Assembly (NCBI GenBank): GCA_910578855.1
Contig: CAJTRV010000005.1
Location: 788-64,787 of the forward strand
Length of the DNA: 64,000 bases
Direction of reading: 5' to 3'
Source: an uncultured Bacilli bacterium
Lineage (GTDB): Bacteria; Bacillota_I; Bacilli_A; RF39; UBA660
In this document: piece by piece, positions 56,796 through 64,000 of the stretch
Position numbering within the stretch: the stretch's first letter is position 1
Layout: the number at the start of each line of letters is the position of its first letter
Made by a program: the position numbers and the translations under genes
Notes under the pieces: model-generated
The model's input: the letters and a program-made list of their open reading frames with translations, nothing else
Database searches by the model: none
What the model was told of the DNA's origin: nothing

Positions 56796-58102
56796 ATTTG
56801 GTTTTGTCGTTTTTCTTGATAATCATGTTCTAATACGGAAAGATCATTAGGACTCATAAATAGAATAACGGCATTATCCCATTTTAATAATTTATCAGCT
56901 TCATCCATAGCGAGATGTTCACCATGATTTAAGCGCTCAATAATGTTATCACTCGTTACATGAGGATAATCTTCTTGTTTTTCCCGCGCTGGATGAATAT
57001 CTAATACATAGGAATAATCTGCCTGATTCATGACTTCGGCTAATTCATCAGCAAACTCCTCAGTTCTAGTAAACGTATGAGGTTGAAACACCGTAATAAT
57101 TTTTTTGTCAGGATATTTTTGCTTTGTTGCCTTAATAGTAGCCCGAACCTCAGTTGGATGATGGGCATAATCATCGACACAGATAATATCCCCGATCTTA
57201 GTTTCACTATACCGCCGTTTGGCTCCAGGATAAGTTTTAAATATCTTGTTTACGTCTTTGGCTTCCATTCGTTCATAATAGCATATTGAAATCACAGCAA
57301 GCGCATCTAACAGCATATGTTTTCCATAGATTGGAAGATCAAAGAATCCATAATAATTATCTTCAACGAACACCTCAAAACTTGTTCCTTTCGCATGATA
57401 ATTCACATTACGAGCTTGGATATCATTATCATCGTCAATTCCATAGAAGAAAATTGGCTTATTTACTTCTAAGGCATGTGTATAAGGATCATCTCCACAA
57501 CAGATAATCATCTTTTCCGCTTTATTCGCATATTCCGTATACGCACTAATCACATCATCTATATTTTTAAAATAGTCAACATGATCTAGTTCGATATTCG
57601 TAATGATCGCATAAGTTGGTGTATATTCCAAAAAATGACGCTTATATTCGCAGGCTTCTAAGATAAAATAATGATTGTCTTTATCTGCATGTCCAGTTCC
57701 ATCTCCAATCAGATAGTTTGCCCCTTTTAGGGTATTTAACACATGGGCAAGCATTGAAGTCGTCGTCGTTTTTCCATGACAACCTGCAACACAAATTGTT
57801 TCAAATTTCTTTGTAAGTTTTCCCACCATCTGTTGATAGGTATACATTTTTAGATTGAACGCCATAGCTTTTCTTACTTCGGCATTATTTTCTTCTGTAA
57901 ACGTAGTACCACGAACAATGATCAAATCTTCAGTAATATTTTTCTCATCAAATTCCAACACCGGAATTCCCATTTCAATTAGACGATCCTCAGTAAAGAA
58001 ATGGGTTGGTTTATCACTCCCCTGTACTTGATATCCCAAAGAATGCATGATTTGCGCAAGCGCGCTCATTCCAGACCCCTTTATTCCTATAAAATGATAC
58101 AT
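56789..58102 (-). CDS. murC: UDP-N-acetylmuramate--L-alanine ligase
   Basis: MYHFIGIKGSGMSALAQIM..., Mur ligase central/C-terminal domains. Confidence 0.9.
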   Translation of the reverse strand: MYHFIGIKGSGMSALAQIMHSLGYQVQGSDKPTHFFTEDRLIEMGIPVLEFDEKNITEDLIIVRGTTFTEENNAEVRKAMAFNLKMYTYQQMVGKLTKKFETICVAGCHGKTTTTSMLAHVLNTLKGANYLIGDGTGHADKDNHYFILEACEYKRHFLEYTPTYAIITNIELDHVDYFKNIDDVISAYTEYANKAEKMIICCGDDPYTHALEVNKPIFFYGIDDDNDIQARNVNYHAKGTSFEVFVEDNYYGFFDLPIYGKHMLLDALAVISICYYERMEAKDVNKIFKTYPGAKRRYSETKIGDIICVDDYAHHPTEVRATIKATKQKYPDKKIITVFQPHTFTRTEEFADELAEVMNQADYSYVLDIHPAREKQEDYPHVTSDNIIERLNHGEHLAMDEADKLLKWDNAVILFMSPNDLSVLEHDYQEKRQNQIS

Positions 58103-58157
58103 AATCTTCCTCCTTGTATAATCATTGTACGACTGTTTCCAAGTGATACTTTTTTTC

Positions 58158-59402
58158 TTAACGAACAGACCAGCTACTTGGAAAATTAATATATTGTGCT
58201 GGATCTTGCCAGCTATTTCTTAAATGATTGATGTAACTTGACCAGCTATAACAACTAGATCCGGCATACATATATGGACAATCTGATACTTCAAGGTGTA
58301 AATGAATTCCATAGGCATTTCCTGTCTCCCCCATGATTCCAATGTAATCATTCGCTGAAACAACCTGTCCTTCATAAATACCAGGGGCAAAGCTTGCCAA
58401 ATGAACATACGTTGAACCGACAATCTTGCCATTGTAATTATGCGCAATGCGGACTAATTTAGCACCATAGATATCATAACCTACAAAGTAAATAACCCCA
58501 GCAGCAATTGGATATACCTTGGTGTTATAACGATTACTAGATGATACATCAATTCCATAATGGAATTCATCAAAATCACGACCTCCAAAATTACTCGTAA
58601 CATATCCATTTAAAATTGGTCTAATAAAAGAACCTGTACTGGCAACATCGCCAGGGCCATTACCATTACTACCAGAATTGGAATTGTTGCTTGGTGGATC
58701 AGCTTTGGGAATCACGGCACAATCGATACCGATAACATCATTCGGCTGGCATCCTTTGTTCCGATATAAAGTCACCATCTTTTCCGCTTGTTTGATCTGT
58801 TCTTCAACACTCGGCATTCCTTCCTTAATATGGGCTGATTCCTCACTAATTTTTTCTTTTTCATCCGATAACTGTTGCTCGAGTTTTTTTAACTCTTTGT
58901 CTTTACTTGCCAGTTCTTTTTTCTTCTTTTGATTGTCTTTAATTAAATTATTTAAATCCTTAATTACTTGATCATTATACTCTGTAATTTGTTCGACCAA
59001 AGCCATACGATATACCATATCCGTTAATGTATCAGCACCAAAGACATAATCCAAATAGAAATTATCGCCATTTGATACCTGGGCATAACGGATCAACTCT
59101 TTTGATTCTGCTTCCTTTTTCTTAATCTCTTCATTATTCTTTTTGATTTGTTCCTGCAATTGAGCTTGATCTTGTTTGATCTGTTCCATTTGATCCTGCA
59201 GTTTTACAATGGTCGCTTGAATCTTTTTAATCTCCGCATCATTGGTGGCAATTTTATCCTGCTTTTCCTTTAACTCCGCTGTATATTTATTTACTTTATC
59301 AATATAATCTTGGAGTGTTTCGGCATGAACCGACTGTGGAAACATCGTCAAAGTGATTCCAAATATTAATCCAATTATCATACTCTGTTTGATCTGTTTC
59401 AT
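58158..59402 (-). CDS. M23 family metallopeptidase with N-terminal coiled-coil (EnvC-like)
   Basis: Signal peptide, about 200-aa coiled coil, M23 motifs HYGIDV and GIHLHLEV. Confidence 0.8.
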   Translation of the reverse strand: MKQIKQSMIIGLIFGITLTMFPQSVHAETLQDYIDKVNKYTAELKEKQDKIATNDAEIKKIQATIVKLQDQMEQIKQDQAQLQEQIKKNNEEIKKKEAESKELIRYAQVSNGDNFYLDYVFGADTLTDMVYRMALVEQITEYNDQVIKDLNNLIKDNQKKKKELASKDKELKKLEQQLSDEKEKISEESAHIKEGMPSVEEQIKQAEKMVTLYRNKGCQPNDVIGIDCAVIPKADPPSNNSNSGSNGNGPGDVASTGSFIRPILNGYVTSNFGGRDFDEFHYGIDVSSSNRYNTKVYPIAAGVIYFVGYDIYGAKLVRIAHNYNGKIVGSTYVHLASFAPGIYEGQVVSANDYIGIMGETGNAYGIHLHLEVSDCPYMYAGSSCYSWSSYINHLRNSWQDPAQYINFPSSWSVR

Positions 59403-59539
59403 CTATCACAACCCCTTCATATCTAGTATACCATATCCTAACCAGAAAAAAAAGAAGGTGGTATTTTTAAATTTAACCATTTTTTGATTTTGTTAAGAAT
59501 TTGTCAAACAAAAATACAATAGTACTGAAAAAAGAAGCA

Positions 59540-59800
59540 TTAACGTGCTTCTACAATTAATTTAATTGCTGTTCTTTCCTCACCGTCAATTACAATATCT
59601 GTAAATGCTGGAATACAAATTAAATTTTTTCCAGATGGAGCAACAAATCCCCTCGCGATCGCGACTGCTTTAATTGCTTGATTGAGTGCTCCAGCTCCAA
59701 TTGCCTGTATTTCGACACTCCCCTTCTCCCGAAAGACATTTGCAAGGGCCCCGGCGACAGAATTGGGATTTGACTTGGATGAAACTTTAAGTGTTTCCAT
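59540..59800 (-). CDS. spoVS: stage V sporulation protein S
   Basis: 86 aa, near-identical pattern to B. subtilis SpoVS (LKVSSKSNPNSVAGALA...IQAIGAGALNQAIKAVAIARGFVAPSG..LICIPAFTDI.IDGEERTAIKLIVE). Confidence 0.9.
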   Translation of the reverse strand: METLKVSSKSNPNSVAGALANVFREKGSVEIQAIGAGALNQAIKAVAIARGFVAPSGKNLICIPAFTDIVIDGEERTAIKLIVEAR

Positions 59801-59906
59801 AAATATTGATTCCTCACTTTCTACAATACATTGTATGAGTGAAAAAGAAAATTATGAGAATCTACTGGCAATCTAATTTTATCTTTTTGTTTGGAATAAG
59901 ATATCA

Positions 59907-61958
59907 TTATTCTTTTTCGCTAATAATATTCTTACTACAGAAATAGGTAATTAAGAAGTACCCTCCATAGATTAAGCCTAAGAATATCGCTGTCATGATA
60001 ATGGAAGAAAGTAATTTTTCATTACCGATCGTCGATAAAATATAATCAGCAGTTTGAATTCCAAAAATCGAATGAATTATCGCTAGTAACAATGGTAAAC
60101 CAAAGAAGATAGCAATCTGATGGAACAAAGCATGATTGAGCATCGTTTCATCAACACCTAGTTTGCGAAGGGCAATATATTTTTCGCGATTATCTGAGCT
60201 TTCTGATAATTCTTTTAGGGCTAGAATTGCAGCACTTGAAATTAAGAAAATAATTCCCAAATAGATCCCGATAAAAGTCACAAGAGCTCCTAACCCAACA
60301 CTCGCTTCATAAATCATCAATTTACTTGATCCTGATAGTGTTGTCTTGCTGTAATCATAGGCAAGTAGTTCCTGTTCCATCTTTTTCTTAGCTGCGATAT
60401 CGTTGGCTTTATAATTAGCAACAAAGAATTGGCGATAGCGCATATTATCATGAACCGCATGATCAGGGACCAAAATCACCCCAGAATTAATATGGTTAGA
60501 ACTCATCTCGACAAATCCATCTTGACAAGTATCATACTTTAATGTATACGTTTTTCCGTTCAACGTAAGAGTTGGCTGCGTTTTTAATCCGGCATCTCGT
60601 AATTCCACCATATTATTAAAATCAGCAATCACCATATATTCATTCTCCTCTAAGGAATAAGTAGGCATTCCATATAGTTTAGCCAAACGATTGTAATCAC
60701 TAATTTTCACAATATCTTCTTCCGTATCAACTCGGAGATATTTAAATTGTTTTAACGCTTCATCAATGTAACTTCCCAAGGAAGAACGTAAGGTAATATT
60801 TGGACTATGATAATAGTAAAATGATACCGCATCTTGGAAGTAACGATCATAATCAACGTTCATATTTTGATAAGTCTCTTCGATTGAAATCTTAGAATCG
60901 GCAATCTTAGCTTCAATATAGTCACCAACTACTTCATCGGGTTTTAAATCATATTTCTTCGCCACTTGAAAATCAGCGGGCGCTAATTTCTTAATGTTAG
61001 CAGTCATCGAATTTTTCAACGATAACGCACTCGATAAAATACAGATTGTTAGAAAAAGCATTAAACAAATCACTGTCATCGAGAAAACTGTGGTATTAAT
61101 TTTACTATTAATCTGACGCAAGGTAAACATGTTTAAATTTTTATAATAGACTTTTTTGATCGACATGCATAGTTTTAATAATAATCCTGAGAGTGACCAG
61201 AAAATCAAGAATGTCGCAAAAGCGCCAATTAACATCTGCCAGATTACATCCGTAAATTCAGCAATATTGGTTACCCCTAACGTTACATTATAATAAGCAA
61301 ACCCTAACATTACTACCGCGATCACAAAAATAGCAATACAAATAAAAGGGTTTTTAAGTTTCACTTTTTCACTATGTTTGCTCCCATTTAATAGATCAAT
61401 TAATTTGCATTTTCCAATCGAAAGTGTATTGAAAATCATAACCATTAAATACATAATACCAAAGTAAAGAATCGTTTTGATCATCGCAGCACTAGAAAAT
61501 ACAAATGTAAATTTGTCCATATCAGCTTCAAACATATTAGCCACGACGATGGACATAATCTGTGATAGGGCAATCCCAATCCCCAAGCCAACAATTAAAG
61601 ATACAACCCCAATTAATAGTGTTTCAAAGAATAAAATCTTCGATATCTTCCCTTTGCTCATTCCCAGGGTCATGTATACTCCAAATTCTTTTTTTCGGCG
61701 TTTAATTAAAAATCGACTGGCATAAATAATGAGAAAGCCCAGGATAAATGAGACAAAGACACTCACTCCTGATAACATCTGCGTCATCAGTTTCATTAAC
61801 TCATGAGTTGATTCTGATACTGAAAGCATCGCCGTTTGACTATCAATCGCATTAAAAATGTAGAAGATAGAAACCCCTAGTATTAAGGTAAAAAAATAGA
61901 TGGCGTAGTCTTTAAAACTCTTCTTAATATTTTTTAATGATAACTTAAATAACATCAT
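59907..61958 (-). CDS. FtsX-domain ABC transporter permease (BceB-like, 10 TM)
   Basis: 683 aa, two FtsX-type 4-TM bundles separated by a large extracellular loop. Overlaps ATPase gene by 14 nt. Confidence 0.8.
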   Translation of the reverse strand: MMLFKLSLKNIKKSFKDYAIYFFTLILGVSIFYIFNAIDSQTAMLSVSESTHELMKLMTQMLSGVSVFVSFILGFLIIYASRFLIKRRKKEFGVYMTLGMSKGKISKILFFETLLIGVVSLIVGLGIGIALSQIMSIVVANMFEADMDKFTFVFSSAAMIKTILYFGIMYLMVMIFNTLSIGKCKLIDLLNGSKHSEKVKLKNPFICIAIFVIAVVMLGFAYYNVTLGVTNIAEFTDVIWQMLIGAFATFLIFWSLSGLLLKLCMSIKKVYYKNLNMFTLRQINSKINTTVFSMTVICLMLFLTICILSSALSLKNSMTANIKKLAPADFQVAKKYDLKPDEVVGDYIEAKIADSKISIEETYQNMNVDYDRYFQDAVSFYYYHSPNITLRSSLGSYIDEALKQFKYLRVDTEEDIVKISDYNRLAKLYGMPTYSLEENEYMVIADFNNMVELRDAGLKTQPTLTLNGKTYTLKYDTCQDGFVEMSSNHINSGVILVPDHAVHDNMRYRQFFVANYKANDIAAKKKMEQELLAYDYSKTTLSGSSKLMIYEASVGLGALVTFIGIYLGIIFLISSAAILALKELSESSDNREKYIALRKLGVDETMLNHALFHQIAIFFGLPLLLAIIHSIFGIQTADYILSTIGNEKLLSSIIMTAIFLGLIYGGYFLITYFCSKNIISEKE

Positions 61959-62730
61959 TCAAGTCACCTCCAAGAATGGTGACCACATCGATAATCTTAT
62001 CAAAGAATTCTTTTCGGGTGTCATCACCACGGTGAATTTCGTTGAATAATTTTCCATCTTTAATGAAGATCACCCGTGAAGCATAACTTGCTGTAAAAGC
62101 ATCATGGGTAACCATTAAGATAGTTGCTTGTAATTCTTTATTGAGATGGTCAAAGTTCTCTAACAACATTCTAGCCGACTTCGAGTCCAGAGCTCCGGTC
62201 GGCTCATCCGCCAAAACCAATTTAGGATTGGTAATAATAGCCCGGGCTGAAGCAACACGTTGTTTTTGGCCTCCACTCATTTGATATGGATACTTTTGGA
62301 GAACATTTTTAATGTTCAATTTACGACTAATTTTGTGAACCCGTTCTTCAATCACAGTGGGTTTTACCCCTTGAACTGTGAGTGCTAAAGCAATATTTTC
62401 ATAAGCTGTTAGGGTATCTAATAGGTTAAAATCCTGAAAGATAAATCCAAGTTCTTCCCGACGAAAGCGATTTAACGCATTCCCTTTTAATTTCGTAATA
62501 TCGGCGCTGGCAACATAAATATGGCCTGAGGTCACCCGATCAATCGTTGAGATACAATTTAAAAGGGTTGTCTTCCCGCTTCCACTCGCTCCCATAATAG
62601 CTACAAACTCACCACGTGCAACATCAAAAGAAATTCCATTGAGGGCTTTTGTTAAGTTCGATTTGCTTCCATAATATTTTTCAATGTTATCTATTTTTAA
62701 AATTTGTTCCATAAGAACAACTCCTTTCAT
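61945..62730 (-). CDS. ABC transporter ATP-binding protein (BceA/MacB-type)
   Basis: Walker A GASGSGKTT, signature MSGGQKQRVA, Walker B VLADEPTGALD. Confidence 0.9.
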   Translation of the reverse strand: MKGVVLMEQILKIDNIEKYYGSKSNLTKALNGISFDVARGEFVAIMGASGSGKTTLLNCISTIDRVTSGHIYVASADITKLKGNALNRFRREELGFIFQDFNLLDTLTAYENIALALTVQGVKPTVIEERVHKISRKLNIKNVLQKYPYQMSGGQKQRVASARAIITNPKLVLADEPTGALDSKSARMLLENFDHLNKELQATILMVTHDAFTASYASRVIFIKDGKLFNEIHRGDDTRKEFFDKIIDVVTILGGDLNDVI

Positions 62731-62800
62731 TACCCATTATAGGATTCTTAATGATCATTAGCCATCGATTTTCCTTACAAAAAGCTTACAATTTTGTAAG

Positions 62801-63820
62801 CTAACGGTTTAAAACATCATAATAAGCATTCTGAGGAAAGGTAATTTTGATGGTAGTTCCCTCACCTAGGGTCGAAGTAATCGCAAGATGATGCCCTAAT
62901 TTTTCACACAAACGGTGACATAAATAGAGGCCCATACCGGTTGAATGTGCTATCTTACGCCCATTTTGACCAGTAAAACCTTTTTCAAAGACACGGTTAA
63001 TATCACTTTGTTCAATTCCAATTCCATTATCGTGGATGAATAGTGTTACAATTCCTTGATTTTTAGAAGTGGTAATCCGAATAACAGCGCCTTCTTGTTT
63101 TCCATATTTAATACTGTTTTGGACGATTTGATTGATAATAAATTCGAGCCATTTCGAATCACTATAGACCATCTCATCAACCTCTTCTAATTCTAATTTG
63201 ATTTTACGATAGATAAAACTATCTTTGTTTTTTACGGCAACTTTATTCACCACGTTTTTTAAGTTTAACTGCTTTATAAAATAATCTTTCTCGGGATTTT
63301 CACTTCTGACATAATATAAGATTTGCTCTAAATAATCATCCATTTTATGAAAGTTTTCTGCTAGTTTTTGACCTTCAGGTAACGCGTGATTGTGAAGAAT
63401 TAAAAGCCCGCTTGCTAAAGGGATCTTAATTTCATGAATCCATAGTTCAACATATTCTTTAAAATCTTCCATACTATCACGATAGATGTTGATCTGTTCC
63501 TTCATTGCTTTATTTCCTTCGTATAAAGCTTGATAAAGTACCCTTCCATCATAAAAGTTAGGTAAATACAACATCGTATGCAATAAATATGTTTGATCTA
63601 GCTCTGTTAATTGTGTTTGTAAGAGTTCATAAAATGACTTCTTACGATAGTATTCATAACCGGCTAACGCAAACATCATCCCCCAATAGAGGATGGTAAT
63701 CGCAATCACAAGCGATGGATTTACTTGAAAACCTTTTAACAAGAATAAAATCATTCCATATAAGATACAAACAAAAAGAATCGCAATAAATTTATCTTTG
63801 ATGAAATCTCGTGCTTTCAT
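62801..63820 (-). CDS. sensor histidine kinase (BceS-like intramembrane-sensing type)
   Basis: Two N-terminal TM with minimal loop, HisKA, HATPase motifs HDNGIGI / GMGLYLC. Confidence 0.8.
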   Translation of the reverse strand: MKARDFIKDKFIAILFVCILYGMILFLLKGFQVNPSLVIAITILYWGMMFALAGYEYYRKKSFYELLQTQLTELDQTYLLHTMLYLPNFYDGRVLYQALYEGNKAMKEQINIYRDSMEDFKEYVELWIHEIKIPLASGLLILHNHALPEGQKLAENFHKMDDYLEQILYYVRSENPEKDYFIKQLNLKNVVNKVAVKNKDSFIYRKIKLELEEVDEMVYSDSKWLEFIINQIVQNSIKYGKQEGAVIRITTSKNQGIVTLFIHDNGIGIEQSDINRVFEKGFTGQNGRKIAHSTGMGLYLCHRLCEKLGHHLAITSTLGEGTTIKITFPQNAYYDVLNR

Positions 63821-64000
63821 AATAAAATATACCCTTGTCCCCTTCTCGTCTCAATCACATCTTTAAGGCCAACTTCTGATAAGCGATTACGTAGACGATT
63901 CATATTCACAGTTAACGTATTATCATCGATAAATTCCTCAGTATCCCATAGGTAACGCATAATTTCTTCTCTCGTGACAATGGTACCAACATGCATCAGT
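63817..64000 (-). CDS. OmpR-family response regulator (C-terminal part only; continues beyond window)
   Basis: Own translation ...LMHVGTIVTREEIMRYLWDTEEFIDDNTLTVNMNRLRNRLSEVGLKDVIETRRGQGYILL* (winged-helix). Stop TGA overlaps the kinase ATG (ATGA). Confidence 0.75.
   Translation of the reverse strand, partial: LMHVGTIVTREEIMRYLWDTEEFIDDNTLTVNMNRLRNRLSEVGLKDVIETRRGQGYILL

Noticed and set aside
57077-58932. ORFs 57077..57289(+), 57286..57507(+), 58001..58189(+), 58220..58447(-), 58678..58932(+)
   Set aside because: Alternative frames of or antisense to murC and the M23 peptidase gene.
59620-59876. ORFs 59620..59817(-) and 59682..59876(+)
   Set aside because: Overlap spoVS, which is near-identical in pattern to B. 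subtilis SpoVS.
61477-61725. 82-aa plus ORF
   Set aside because: Antisense to the FtsX permease gene.
1-64000. CRISPR arrays, rRNA genes, intact transposases, integrases, or prophage structural genes
   Set aside because: None found by inspection. No spacer-repeat periodicity, no 16S/23S-like conserved blocks, and no recombinase catalytic motifs were seen. Only an IS256 transposase fragment is present.

Overview
This is a 64 kb chromosomal segment from a low-GC Firmicute. cotE and spoVS mark it as a spore-former, with Bacillus-like gene order around cvpA/rnhC. About 90% of genes are on the minus strand.

Housekeeping genes recognised by motif:
- glmS, with no glmS ribozyme in its leader
- proS, with a T-box leader
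- rpsP, khpA, cdsA, rseP
- cotE, tex, parE/parC
- trxA, cvpA, rnhC, murC
- an M23 peptidase, spoVS, and a BceRS-BceAB-like module (partial response regulator at the window edge)

Three single tRNA genes lie on the minus strand: Thr-GGU at 1669..1742, Arg-CCU at 19140..19216, and Leu-GAG at 39564..39649. Each is bordered on its 3' side by AT-rich DNA full of hypothetical genes, which looks like accessory islands.

- **tRNA-Thr and tRNA-Leu loci.** Each is followed by a paralogous small ORF of 74-92 aa. The tRNA-Leu island also carries an IS256-family transposase remnant and three unknown proteins.
- **tRNA-Arg locus.** It is followed by a T-arm-less tRNA-like copy.

Other accessory content:
- a LemA-DUF2207 operon flanked by two membrane-anchored XRE regulators
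- a decaying cell-wall gene cluster: DUF3781, a class-A beta-lactamase fragment, an S66 LD-carboxypeptidase, and an NlpC/P60 fragment
- a sigma-70 factor with a duplicated region-4-like tail
- a truncated DUF1016 (YhcG-like) nuclease gene at the window edge

No CRISPR array, rRNA, or intact transposase or integrase was seen. The unknown-function islands, especially 35.7-39.6 kb, are the best candidates for an undescribed system. Sequence alone gives no functional assignment.
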